A stretch of 64,000 nucleotides of DNA from Octopus sinensis (taxonomy: Eukaryota), in NCBI RefSeq assembly GCF_006345805.1, contig NC_043002.1:3782001-3846000 (forward strand), read 5' to 3'. Of this stretch, positions 34,720-47,400 are shown piece by piece. Position 1 is the stretch's first letter; every line of letters starts with the position of its first letter. The position numbers and the translations under genes were made by a program. Under the pieces are notes generated by a model that was not told the DNA's origin, searched no databases, and saw only the letters and a program-made list of their open reading frames with translations.

Positions 34720-35190
34720 GAATAAGAACAAGCTGGGCAAAGTTCAGAGAGCTTCCACCTTTGTTGGTAACTAAGGACCTCTCCCTCAGAGTGAATGGCA
34801 GATTGTATGATGCCTGTGTGTGAACAGCTATGTTACATGGCAGTGAAACATGGACTTTGACCTCAGAGGACTTGCAAAGGCTTGAAAGAAATGAAGCTGG
34901 CATGCTCTGCTGGCTGGGTCATGTCAGTGTGCACACATGACAGAGTGTAAATGATTTAAGAAGGAAACTGGGCATAAGAGGCATCAGATGTTGTGTGCAA
35001 GAGAGGAGACTGTGCTGGTGTTTGGTCATGCGGTGCCTATGGATGAGGACAGCTGTGTAAAGAAGTGCCAAGCTCTAATTATGGAGGGTATCTGTGGAAG
35101 GGGATAAACCCAGGAAGACATGGGACTAGGTGGTGCGAAAGGATCTTCTGATGCTGGGCTTCACTGAGGAAATTACAAAGGACAGAGTTA
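34720..35190 (+). mobile_element. RTE ORF C-terminal fragment, same family as 16085-19851
   Basis: Aligns by eye to 18655-19110 (GCTGGGCAAAGTT..GGCAGTGAAACATGG..CCCAGGAAGACATGGGAC). Confidence 0.85.
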
Positions 35191-35344
35191 TGGTGACTTT
35201 ATAAAACTCATTTTAAGCTCAGTGGAACGGACCATTTAAAGTGAAGCATTTTCTCTACAGAGGTAATTTGACAAACAATGAAGTAATAGGGAACATCAAC
35301 TTCTGGATTGGTGCCCAGTGCTGGATTAACCTATTTCCTTACTA

Positions 35345-35542
35345 CCCACAAGGAGCTAAACTTAGAGGGGACAAACAAGGACAGACAAAGGGATTAAGTC
35401 GATTATATCAACCCCAGTGCATAACTGATACTTATTTAATCAACCCCAAAAGGATGAAAGGCAAAGTCGACCTCAGCGGAATTTGAGCTCAGAACATAAT
35501 GGCAGACGAAATACTGCTAAGCATTTGACAGCTCGCCGCCTT
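35345..35542 (-). mobile_element. SINE family B
   Basis: Core and tail. Confidence 0.8.
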
Positions 35543-35825
35543 GCTGGATTAACCATTAAGCAAAATAAGCACATCAAGGGAAGGAGGGGGGCACCACAGA
35601 AATAGTAGATGGTTTACAGCACAAAAGAAATCACTTTCAACTTGCTAAAATAATATTTGGGATGCCTTTATCTCTACTAAGTATAGATGCAGATGTGTGA
35701 CCTAAGATTAATTTTGAGGATTTCATCAGACTTTGCAATTCAAAAAAGTAGGAGGAAACTTTTCAGATATAAATAAAGTGGAAGTGTACAAAATTGAACA
35801 TTATTTTCCCTCTTCCTTCTTACAG

Positions 35826-35899
35826 TGATTTGGAAATGTTTCATTGGACAGCTTCTTGACAATTACATCACAGCTAAAAGAGAACTGACTCATCGATGA
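35826..35899 (+). CDS. Candidate terminal exon (xIWKCFIGQLLDNYITAKRELTHR*)
   Basis: Very strong acceptor TTATTTTCCCTCTTCCTTCTTACAG|; phase 1 frame open to TGA at 35897-35899. Confidence 0.35.
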
Positions 35900-36044
35900 T
35901 TCATTGCAAAACTGTGACATTGGAACAGCAGGTCTTCAAACCTGTTTATTTAAATTGAAAAAACAGAAAAACATCTTTTATTAATCCAAGTTGACATTAA
36001 GAAAACGGGGAAATACTTAGCGACAGAACCGTCATCAATAGATA

Positions 36045-36268
36045 TCTTTTACTTGTTTCGGGCATTAGACTGCGGCCATGCTGGGGCACAGCCTTCAAGA
36101 ATCTTCAGTTGAATGAACTGACACCGGTGCCTATATTTTAAAAGCCTGATACTTATTCTATCAATCTCTGTTGCCAAACCGCTAAGTTATGGCGACCTAA
36201 ACACACCAACACTGGTTGTCAAGTGATGGTGTGTGTGTGTGGGGGGGAAACACAAACACACATCAATA

Positions 36269-36301
<33 letters not shown>

Positions 36302-36420
36302 GTATATATACACACCACACACACACACACACACACACATTACAGGCTTCTTTCAGTTTCCGTCTAAATGCACTCACAAAGCTTTGTTCTGATCGAGGTT
36401 GTTATGGGAGGCACTTGCCC
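36045..36420 (-). mobile_element. SINE family A lacking the head
   Basis: 3' half, microsatellite and part of the body. Confidence 0.75.
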
Positions 36421-36507
36421 AATCTATCAATATTTCATTTATCGCGTATAAGTGTGATAAACAAAGGCAGTTGTTTGATCCCGGCTAATTAGAAGCATTC
36501 AGTAATT

Positions 36508-36660
36508 AGGCGCAGGCGTGGCTGTGTGGTAAGGCTTTTGCTTCTCAACCGCTTTGCTCCAGGTTCAGTCCCACTGCATGATATATTGAGCAAGTGCCTT
36601 CTACTATAGCCCAGACCGAGTGGATTTGGTAGATGGAAACTGAAAGAAGCTTGTCACATA
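36508..36660 (+). mobile_element. SINE family A, 5' half
   Basis: AGGCGCAGGCGTGGCTGTGTGGT head. Confidence 0.75.
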
Positions 36661-36681
36661 CATATATATATATATAATGTG

Positions 36682-36962
36682 TCGATTCCCAGACCGAGCT
36701 GCGTGTGGTGTTCTCGAGCAAGGCACTTTATTTCACGTTGCTCCAGTTCACTCAGCTGTAGAAATGAGTTGCGACGTCACTGGTACCAAGCTGTATCGAC
36801 CCCTTTGCCTTTCCCTCGGATAACACTGGTGGCATGGAGAGGGGAGGCTGGTATGCATGGGCGACTGCTGGTCTTCCATAAACAACCTTGCCCGGACTTG
36901 TGTCTAGGAGGGTAACTTTCTAGGTGCAATCCCATGGTCATTCATGACCGAAGGGGGTCTTT
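36682..36962 (+). mobile_element. SINE family D, 5'-truncated, with an E-type B-box junction
   Basis: CGATTCCCAGACCG followed by family D body and tail. Confidence 0.8.
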
Positions 36963-37185
36963 ATGTGTGTGTGTGTGTGTTTGTATTCCCCCCACCACCA
37001 CATCTTGACAACTGGTGTTGGTGTGTTTACGTCCTCATAACTTAACAGTTCAACGAAAGAGACCGATAGAATAAACCCCAGGCTTAAAAAATAAAATAAA
37101 AGTACCGGTGCTAATTCGTTTGACCAAAAACTCTTCAAGGGCTGCCCCAGCATGGCCGCAGACAAATAGCTGAAACAAGTCAAGG
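36963..37185 (-). mobile_element. SINE family A, 3' half
   Basis: CCAGCATGGCCGCAG..CTGAAACAAGT tail. Confidence 0.7.
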
Positions 37186-38039
37186 GATAAAAGAGAAAGA
37201 AATCCAAGTTGGCAAACCAGTTTTCACTGATTCCCAGCTGAGAATCTTCTTTAAGTTGGTAGCATAAAATCCGAGTGAGGGACCCGAAAATATTGACTTC
37301 CTCTACCAACAAAACCAGTTTCGTTAAAGGAAGAAGGACAGATTCTTTCACGATTCCTTTTAGCAGTGACGCAACATGGATCGACACATGTTGTTGCTTT
37401 TATGTGCATCCGCTCTAGTTGAAGTAGTTATATTTAAAGAAAGGGATAACCCAAACCCTAAACTATGCCACTGCTTTTTAGGGACCCCTTTCTCTGAACG
37501 ATAGATAACAGCCAGGCAATGGTGTTAAAATCGCAACAGCTATCTACCAGATTGTGAATAAAATAAGTGTAACTAGTTGGTGTGTAAGACAACGTTCGAA
37601 GTGGTTTTCTATTTATTTGTTTTACATTATGTCCAAAGATATAAGACTAACACTTTGTACCCATTATCCACAATTTCGTTTTAGATATGAAATAATGAAC
37701 TTTGAATCCGTCGAGGTTGATAGTCAACCCGCCACTTTCCAACGTTAATTATTATTATTTTTTGTTTTTCAAATTTCAAATAGAATAATATATATTAAAC
37801 AAATACACTTAATTTCTAAGGTCAGTTGCTGATGATGGGGTGGGGTTTAGTTAGTGTTGAGGGTGCTAGGTTTTTGGCCCTGATTTGATTTTTATTTTTA
37901 ATTATAAAATGGAAAGGAAATAAAGAAAAAATTTTATAATTCCTTGAGCAGTAACGAGTTCAAATATTTAAAACCTTAGAGTCGAAGCATCGAGTTCTTT
38001 TGATGTAGAAAGCTTTTGATATCTCTACACAAATGAGCC

Positions 38040-38660
38040 CCTGACTTCATTTCCTCATAACTTCCAGAAAAATGTGTTTTAAAAAAAATTTAAAAAACGT
38101 CTACAAATACGTTTAAGTTGTAGATTCTGATTATATCGGAATTGGGAATGAAACAAAACTGTTTGAGGGTAGGGAGAGGAGTTTGGGAAAATGCACAAGA
38201 GTCGAATTTGTTTCCTCATATCTTTCAGAAAAAACGGGTGTTTTTTGAATGAAATTCTCCGCAAATACGTTTCAGAGTGTGTAAATTACAGTTGTATCGG
38301 AATTTAGTATTAAAAAAACAAAAAATCTGTTGGGCTTGCACACATATTGATACACATCCCAAAATAAAACTTGAAATTTCGAAACATATTATGATGTCTG
38401 TTAGTATGTGTGAATGCTCACTATTTTCTTTTTCACATTAGATAATCGTAATTTACACTCTCTGCAAGGTATTTGTAGAAAAATTCAATTAAAAAAGCAC
38501 CCATTTTTCTGAAAGTTATGAGGTAACGAAGCCGAATCGTTTGAATTTTCCGAAACTCTTTTCTCCAACCCATGGAAAAAACCCCACAAATTCCGATAAA
38601 ATTAGAATATACACCGTCTGATGCGTATTTTTTCTGGAAGTTATGAAGAAATAAATTGTG
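38040..38660. repeat. Modular AT-rich dispersed repeat with units in inverted orientation
   Basis: Same units as 2200-2750. Confidence 0.5.
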
Positions 38661-38789
38661 TAGGTATTCACAATAAGTTGTGACAAAATATAGATTAAAA
38701 GAAGGAACCCAACCCCCTGGCTAAATGCTGTCAATCCGTTTCTGTTCCGACATATAACCAATTAATGATGATAAGAAAGCTTGAATATT

Positions 38790-39000
38790 ATTTTCTAGTC
38801 TAGGCACAAGGCCCGAAATTTTGGGGGAGGAGTCCAGTCGATTAGATCGATCCTAGTACGCAACTGGTACCTAATTTATCGACCCCGAAAGGACGAAAGG
38901 CAAAGTCGACCTCGGCGGAATTTGAACTCAGAACGTTAAGACACGAAATACCGCTAAGCATTTCGCCCGGCGTGCTAACGGTTCTGCCAGCTCGCCGCCT
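38790..39000 (-). mobile_element. SINE family B, full length, with CCCCCAAAATTTCGGGCCTTGTGCC tail
   Basis: Head AGGCGGCGAGCTGGCAGAACC, B-box, core. Confidence 0.88.
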
Positions 39001-39949
39001 TAAGAAAGCTTGAATATTGCGCACAACATCGTTTAAGAACTTCTTTTGTGCCAAAGAAGATATTTCTCAATTCATAGGAAAGACACATGGCTATCGATTC
39101 TTTGGTATTAAAGGCAAAGTCCATAAAAGCCGAATTTGAACTCAGAATGTCAAGAGAAGTAAGGTATTGTGCTATTTATTCCAACTCTTTACATTCAATT
39201 CCCGCCGAGGTCAAATTTGTCTCTCATCCTTTCGAGGGTCGACAAAATAAAGTTTCTAATCAACTATTGTAGTCGATCATATTCATTAACCTCATTTTCT
39301 CTGCCCTCAAAAATTGCCCATTTTGTTGCCTAAATCAGAAACAATTGCATCAGAATTAATATTAGAATCGAACCTGCTACCGTCTCGGACACCTTGAATG
39401 TCGACATAAATTTAAATACAATACGTAAATAGAAATAGATATGTGAAAGGAAAACAAGTCTATAAGTATTTTTTTTTTAATGAAATTGCAACATATTGCC
39501 CCCCCTCCTCGACTCGGCCACCCGCTCCGCTGGCTGGCCGACCAAGCGGGTGACTACGAGTATTTCTTATTGTATCGAGTTTGTCTTATTAACCATCACC
39601 ATTAACGATCAATTAAATTCAGTGATTCACCGACAAATCCTTTGACAAGATTAGTCATCGTTCAAATGTTACGTGTCAAATACAAAGCTATTTCCCTTTT
39701 ATCTCCTCTCTTCATTTCCCAACTGCAAACAGTTTCTTTCATGACTTCAAATAAAAAAACTATCTATTCTTATTGTAATAATATAAAAATACGTTTCATT
39801 TATTGTATATTACAATATTATTTTCGGGGGTAACTAGATACTTTTTTTATCGTGAGCTGTTCAGTCAGGATGTCACAAATCTAACAACATTTTTTTTTAT
39901 AGGAAGAAAAGAAAGAAAAAAGCATTAAGAGTATAGAAAATAAACTATT

Positions 39950-40347
39950 GTGGCTGTGTGGTAAGTAGCTTGCTAACCAACCACATGGTTCCGGGTTCAA
40001 TCCCACTGCGTGGCATCTTGGGTAAGTGTCTTCTGCTATAGCCCCGGGCCGACCAATGCCTTGTGAGTGGATTTGGTAGACGGAAACTGAAAGAAGCCTG
40101 TCGTATATATGTATATATATGTAAGTGTGTGTGTATATGTTTGTGTCTGTGTTTGTCCCCCTAGCATTGCTTGACAACCGATGCTGGTGTGTTTACGTCC
40201 CCGTCACTTAGCGGTTCGGCAAAAGAGACTGATAGAATGAGTACTGGGCTTACAAAGAATAAGTCCTGGGGTCGATTTGCTCGACTAAAGGTGGTGCTCC
40301 AGCATAGCCGCAGTCAAATGACTGAAACAAGTAAAAGAGTAAAAGAG
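39950..40347 (+). mobile_element. SINE family A, full length
   Basis: Collinear with the family pattern. Confidence 0.9.
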
Positions 40348-40649
40348 AAGATAAAATTATTGTAAGAAAACAACTGAGAACTTCTTCAGGAAGAAAGCAA
40401 ACAAAAAGAAGAAAATAGGTGTCGGGGATGGCGGATTATTAATGAGTAGAATAGGCGGGACGAGTAGCGAGTTGTACTGTCCAGAAGAAATGGCGTGTTT
40501 AGACACGCTTGGCACACATGACTGGACAGGCATTGGCTGTGGAGAATGGTCAGAGACATTCCCGACAACAGCCGTCCCCCACCTTGCGGGGAGAACCTCT
40601 GAGGTGTCGGGGGTGACCGGCAGAAACTGATGGCAGTTTGCCATTACCC

Positions 40650-40740
40650 CTTCCTTCCTCCCTCCCTTCCTTCCTTCTTTCCTTCCTTCCTTCCTTCCTT
40701 TCTTCCTGCCTTCCTTCCTTCCTTCCTTCCTTCTTCATTC
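40650..40740. repeat. (CCTT)n microsatellite
   Basis: Direct. Confidence 0.9.
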
Positions 40741-40810
40741 ATCCATCACCCCTTCCTTTCTCATTCATATGTTGTGACGGAGAAAAACACAAGAGTATTA
40801 TTATAGTATA

Positions 40811-41074
40811 CAGTGGTTCCCAAACTTTTTCAGGCTGCCGCCCTCTTGGTTCCTAGTCACCTCCCCGCCTCCACTCACCGTCACAGACATAAACCATTTT
40901 CTGCAGCAAATTCAAAACAACAATATTTTACAATTAAAACTTAACGTATTCAACCCTTTATTTTATGTATTTATTCTTTTATATCCATTGCTCCATTTTC
41001 TTCAGAGTTCCCCCTGGAACTTTCTACCGCCCTCCGGGGGTGGGGAGCAGTACCGCCCACTTTGAGAACCACTG
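40811..41074. mobile_element. hAT/Charlie-like MITE
   Basis: TIRs CAGTGGTTCCCAAACT / ACTTTGAGAACCACTG; target-site duplication not clean. Confidence 0.65.
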
Positions 41075-41990
41075 TTATAGAAGATGATTGCATTTTGAAC
41101 AGGGCAAAGTTGCAAATCAAAGAGAAAGACCAAGAGATACGACGTGACTTTCTCTCGGCTGATTATTGGGCTTCGATCTCTCACGCATTCGAAGGAATTC
41201 AGGAAACGGTTTGTGCTTTTGGACTGACTACCAGCATCAAGAAGAGTGAAGTTTTATTCCAACCAAACCCTGGGACAGGACATACTCAAGATTCAAATGT
41301 GATAGTTAGTTAGTTAGTTAGTTAATTTGGCTCAAAAGCAAATAGCAAGGCCATGTAGGGGGACATGGAGTTAAGTACAGGGTGATGATTGCCAACGAGC
41401 CACTCAAATGGGTCATTTAAGTATCTTGGATGTACAGTAAACTTTAAGATTACTCTTGGATGACGAAATCAATGTTAGGATGTCCAAGGCTACAAATGCT
41501 TTCGGAAGACTTTCCCATTGTTTGTAAGATGAACACGGTGTCAGTCTGAAAGCTAAAATGGGTATCTACAAATCTTGTATTTTGAGGACATTTTTTGTAT
41601 GGGGCAGAAGCATGGACCCCCTACTTCAGGCATATAAAGAAACCCGAATGCTTCCACATGTGCAGTTTGTGCAATATCTGCAACATAAAATGGCAAGATA
41701 TCAAATGTCGAAATTTTAGAATGCTGCTGAGAATTCAGTGCAAATGGGTAGGACATGTTGTTCGAATGTAAAATGACCGCATTCCAAAAATTCTTTTGTA
41801 TGGCCAACAAATGCAGGGACACAGCGGTAAAAAAAGCTCCAGTCCTTGGGTATAAGGGTACGTTGAAGCAATCATTAAAATCTCTAAAGCTTAATTCGAC
41901 ATCTTGGGAAGGTCATTGTCTGGATCGATTTGCATGGCGTAAAATGAGTCAGGATGCATGAAAACAGTTTAAGAAACATATCCATAAAAG
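41075..41990 (+). mobile_element. RTE/BovB-like LINE relic (RT C-terminal half)
   Basis: Frameshifted fragments IRRDFLSAD, AFGLTTSIKKSEVLFQP, FKYLG, KATNAFGRL, LYGAEAW. Confidence 0.75.
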
Positions 41991-44245
41991 AATTCTATCT
42001 TGCATTTGTCTGATCCCTGGCAAAATCAGAATCATCCGTGTCCCCATGGTGACGTCATAGCAAAATCCATTTTTGGACCCAAATTACATTCACGCATCCA
42101 TTGCAGATAGGTGTAAACCCCTATTGTGCTTCTCTTTTCCCCACTTTTTTCCCCACTTCAAACACTTCTACGTCGAAATCGACGGGAGCGACCATCACAT
42201 CAACAAATTCAACTGAATCTAACAATGGAAAATTAATGTTTCAAATCGGTCACAAAATACTTCTACGCTCGTTTGTTTTGGCGATGAAGATTTCCAGGAC
42301 GATGTTCAAAGTATTTTCGTTGCACCTCCCAAAAAAACATTAGGGGTACACTTGCACCCATGCGTCCCCTGTTCCCGAGCCTACGTCTCTACCCTACAAC
42401 ACATACAAACTAGTTGTTGCAACTTTTTTTTGCTTTAACATAATTAGTTAACCACAATCTCTGTCTTGATTTATCCATCATATATAAAACTCTGGACAAG
42501 AGATACAAATTATAAAATTCACATCACGGCGACAGAATGAGTTATTTTTTTTATTTCGATCAAATATCAAATGTCACGTTTAAAATTACAAACGATTCAG
42601 TAATACGTATCTACAAAGTTTTACTGTTAAATAAACAGGGTCAGGTGTAACTGATTCCCTTTAAATTATGTATCCACGGCACCGTTGGGAAGGGCGTAAA
42701 ATAGATCAATTACCATTTAGTTACGACCTCACAGAAGTGGGCCAGAATTTGTCATTCGCTTTCCGGACTTGTGATTCTTTCACGGTGCATATGAAAAAGT
42801 TACCGCTGAATTCGGGAATTCTCGATTCGTTTCTGCAACAGTTATTAATTAATCATGGAAGCGATCCAAATTCTCCCCCACTCATCAGTTTTATGGATAT
42901 TCCCGCCTCCAAGTCAAGTGGGCAAACGATGATAGAATCACAGTTGCACGGGATTCCGGCACAGGTCTTCTGTTCGAATCACAAAAGTATTAAAATTTGG
43001 ACTTAACAGAGGAGAATTGGAAATTTCTACACACGAAATCCGTGGCTAGTGAAACGTCTCAACCACACGGAGTAGTACAATTGATAAAACCATTAAAGCT
43101 AGAGACAAGCTCGGAAAGACTAGAAGAAAGCAAAGATCAAAGAATAATATCTAGTAACTGAAAGAGAAACTAAATGTTAGTTTCTTTAGTTTTAAGTGAA
43201 GAAATAAATTCAAAGTCAAACAAGGCAATCACTGGATGTGCCCACGCCGCTCGGATGTTTCACATTCCCACTTACATCCTACCATTTCAATGTTTATATC
43301 CATTTCCTTATCAACGACCCTCATCTGACTCCCCCTCTCTCAACTTTCTCTATCCGCCAGTCTGTCTTTCTGCCTCACTTTTATTACCATCTTACTCTGG
43401 TTCTCTCTCCTCTTCTAGTACTTATAATTCTGGTTCTTTTCTCCTGCTCTCCCCACTCTTTCTCTCGGCTCCAACAGGCATTAGTTTATTTGCCTGGATG
43501 CCAATATGACGAATGCCGTCCCCTTTCCTTTAACTATACTTTATATCTGGAGCCATCAAAATAGCATAAGCCTGACACTCACAATTTTCGCCTTTGCACC
43601 AACAAGGGCTAATGTAGCGTGGACTCGGCACACAGTTACTGCGACAATGATTTTCCCATTTGCTATAACACTGCAACCAGGGCATCTCCCGCACGTCATA
43701 AACTCCGTATAATAGAGAAGAGCTATTAGACTGTCGTTATAATATACCCTACCATATCAGATGGTGCCATAGAGACATGGATACTCTTCGACTGTCCCCG
43801 CCGCTGACTAGTAAAGAGGCAGCCCTAGTCCAGCATCCCTCACTGCTACTCTTTACGAGCTACTTTCATTTAGAAACTAAAGCGCTGATAACATATTAAA
43901 GGCATTAAAGGAGATGTTTGGGTAGAGTTTCGGAATTGCTCTCATGTGGGAAAGAAAAAGCCCGGAATGGCACCAGGAAGTGGGTGGGCGATGTACAACA
44001 CTGAAATTTTGGGGAAGAAAATTCCTTCACAATCGTAATCCTCGTTGCTGGGAGGTGTGTGTGTGTGGAATAAACTTCCCGTTTTCTTTCCCCAAGAATT
44101 AGTGAAAGCTATTCCGAAAACTCTTGCTTTCGAGCATTTTTACCAAACTGGCGCAGCAACAACAACATCAACAATAACACAAAACGTATTCTGTTTCTAT
44201 TATTCTTTCAATGCTTTCAGTCGAGGGACTGCGGCCATGCTGGAG

Positions 44246-44282
<37 letters not shown>

Positions 44283-44299
44283 ACGTATGCGTCATCATC

Positions 44300-44475
44300 C
44301 GCATCATCATTGTCATCGTCGACGTTTTAACGTCCGCTTTTCCTTACTTGCATGGGTCGGACGGGAATTGCTGTCACTTGACCCTTCCTTCTCTCCGAGC
44401 AAGATAACATTTCCCCATGGCCAGACAGGCTTTTTAAGGGAAGATTGGAAACAAAGGACATTTCTTGCATGAGAG
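44300..44475 (-). mobile_element. Short element sharing the family C terminal motif (GGAAAGCGGACGTTAAA plus (GAT/GAC)n)
   Basis: Same tail as family C, different body. Confidence 0.55.
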
Positions 44476-44494
44476 TGACACCCTCTTCCTTTTA

Positions 44495-44654
44495 CACACA
44501 CACACACACACAATACTTGCATACATACACACATACATAATACATACACACACATACATACATGCATACATGCATACATACATACATACATACACACACA
44601 CATACATACATGCATACATACATACATACATACATACATACATACATACATACA

Positions 44655-44685
<31 letters not shown>

Positions 44686-44730
44686 CACACATACACGTGT
44701 GTGTATGCAAGTATTGTGTGTGTGTGTCCG
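44495..44730. repeat. (CA)n/(CATA)n microsatellite
   Basis: Direct. Confidence 0.93.
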
Positions 44731-45611
44731 TCCATTATATTTGGGTGGAAAGTCGTGTTTATACGCATGTAGAAAGAGTGTTGTATTGAATGCCGTCCGC
44801 AATCGAAACCGGCACTGCTGATTTCCGCCGCAAATTCGGGGTAACTTCTGCCCATCAGCGAAACGAGTCCCGCGAGCTGGGGCTGGTTGTTGTAGCTAGT
44901 GTCTTTGGTCATTCTCTGTGGCCTTGCCTTTGCAATTATATCCATGAGGTCTACCCAAACACGCCATTTGTTTCTCGGGTGTGCAACCCGTTACTTCCTC
45001 CTCCACCCATCTTTTGGTACTTAACCCCCCCTTTTTTTTTCTTTTTCTTTGTTTTTCTGGTAGTTATGGGATTTTTTCTCGAAAATTTCGTCTTTTATGC
45101 TTTTAATGTTTTTTTCTTTTCTTTGTGTAAAAATAAATTAATATAATAATGACTGTAAAAAAAAAAACGAAAAAAAAATGCAATGAAAATTCTCCCATTG
45201 ATTTTCACATTATAAAGTTAAAATGCATTTTGACGGGGGTTTTCTCTCCGAAATAACAACAGACATGCAACCTGTCCCCGTTTTTGCATGGAAATTTGAA
45301 AAGAAATATGTTAGGGAGGGGAGATAATTTCTACAAGTTAATAAATTTCCAACTTTTCATTTTCACCAAAACCCGAAGTGTTGCCTATTTTCTTTGAATG
45401 TCAAATTTTCTGGAGATCGGCCACATATCCATCGCCCTCAATGTCGGAATTATGTTCATTGAATGCGGGGTCCATTAATCATTAGACTGAGATATAACAC
45501 ACTCATTAAGCAAGCCCTAACTAAGATACATATCCCCTCAATTCTGAGTCTAGTGGAAGTGTTCAGGGATTGAAGGAAATAGTCCCGACAGAGTTTACCG
45601 TTGAGCTAGGG

Positions 45612-45886
45612 CAGAGGTTCTCAAACTTTTTGGGCTACTGACCCACTCATGACCACATAATTCCCCCAGCGCCCCACCCCTATTTTTATGTAAAAATAAA
45701 TATTTTATATTTTACCAATTTATATATACTATGAATCATTTGATATTTAATGTATTATATAATTTGTATACAATACTATAATAATATTATAATAAATTCC
45801 CAGTGTCCCCCAATCCACTGCCTTAACGCCCCCTTAGGCACCAGCGCCCACCTGGACTGTCTCGGCGCCCACTTTGAGAACCTATG
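45612..45886. mobile_element. hAT/Charlie-like MITE
   Basis: TIRs CAGAGGTTCTCAAACT / ACTTTGAGAACCTATG; 8-bp flanks AGCTAGGG and AGTTAGAG (6/8 identical). Confidence 0.7.
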
Positions 45887-46394
45887 AGTTAGAGGTAGAT
45901 GCCTCGTGTGTAAGGTCAATGTTAGTGCCTTATTTCTCTACACGTCCTTAATACTACGCTTGAAGTAGGGGGTCACTTCTGGAACCAAACAAAACCAAGT
46001 AATGAGATACCCTAATCTGTTGATAAGTTTTTTTAAATGTCGTCAAAATTGTAATACACGTTGCATCTCAATATTAAAAATGGGCTCCTTTGACTCTTTC
46101 GTTACTCTATTCCTATTGAAATACAGTGAAACCCTTTAAGGCAGTACCCCAGTACCCAGGAAGTAGTCAAATGCCTAAAAACAATGAATTTATTTAAAAT
46201 CATTTTGCCATTATTAAGCTGGCATTTGGAACATAAATCACAAATAAATTTTGTTGGATGGTTTTCATTTGGATCGCTTTAAAACGAAGATTATATCATG
46301 GAACCAGGAACGGTTTCCGGCAGGTTGGTGCCAGAAGGACCTATTTTGATATCAACCTTCAAACTAACTGAATTTAACGTTAATATGTTAATAT

Positions 46395-46609
46395 AAACAA
46401 TTGCAGCGTGGAAGGTGTTTATAAGACATTTAAGAAACACACAAAAGCCGTTCGATTCACTTCAACATTTAAGTTTAATTTGCCAAAATATTTTCGTCGC
46501 TTTGAGACGAAAATATTTTGACAAATTAAACTTAAATGTTGAAATGAATCTAACAGTTTTTGTGTGTTTCTTAAATGGCTTATAAACACCTTCCACGTCG
46601 CAATTGTTT
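46395..46609. repeat. Near-perfect palindrome, about 104-bp arms, 7-bp spacer
   Basis: Arms about 90% identical by eye; spacer GCTTTGA at 46499-46505. Confidence 0.9.
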
Positions 46610-46689
46610 TCGTTCCAGCACACGATCTCGGATCAGGTCACTTGCTATGCAAGTACATCTCCGTAATATATAGATATATACTAGCATTT

Positions 46690-46865
46690 AAGGCGGCCAG
46701 CTAGTAGAATCGTTACCATGCCGAGCCAAATGAAGAGCCAAATTCCGCCGAGGTCGACTTTACCTTACATCCTTTTGGGTGTCGATAAAATAAGTACCAG
46801 TCGAGTAGACCAGTCACCCCCACCCGCGAACTTGCTGTCTTTGTGCCAAAATTTGAAACCAACGT
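46690..46865 (+). mobile_element. SINE family B with internal deletion
   Basis: Head and core. Confidence 0.7.
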
Positions 46866-46903
46866 ATAATAATAGTTTACTGCTTAAATCTCTTTGTAGT
46901 TAA

Positions 46904-47400
46904 TCTATATATATAAAACTGTAGTTGTGTGAGTGTCTGTCCCCTTCGATTTAGATTCCTTACTCCCACATTTTGCGGTGCAGTTTAACCAAAAGCGGGT
47001 ATCTTATAGTCGTGATTCATATCGAGCCCGTCTGGCTATTAGCGCGCGTCTACGATGAGTCTACGATTTTAAAAATAATTTAACATAATTTTAATGCATA
47101 TTTTTTCGTGTGTCGATGGCGGCGGAGTTGGCGTCCATAGTCACACCTGCACCTGTTTGCTTCTCCCCTTCTTCCCTCCCTCGTGAAGCTGTGGGGAAGG
47201 GAGTGTAAGGAAATCAACGTCGTAATGCGTTGTCAAGGAGACCAGCGTTCTTTTAGAACAACGACTTCATGGCTTGAAGACACCAAAACAGAAATGGCTA
47301 AGAAAGCCCGAATTGGCATCTATAAGGGAAGTAACTCTCTAAAAATGCTTATATAGTTATTTCCCTTACAAACCCGAGCAACGCCGGGCAATACTGCTAG
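46904..47400 (+). mobile_element. Non-autonomous Helitron with a captured internal segment
   Basis: 5' TCTATATATATAAAA; 3' hairpin CCCGAGCAACGCCGGG then CTAG; no target-site duplication. Confidence 0.88.

Noticed and set aside
42668-43006. 112-aa ORF MYPRHRWEG..
   Set aside because: No recognisable domain, splice signals or codon evidence.
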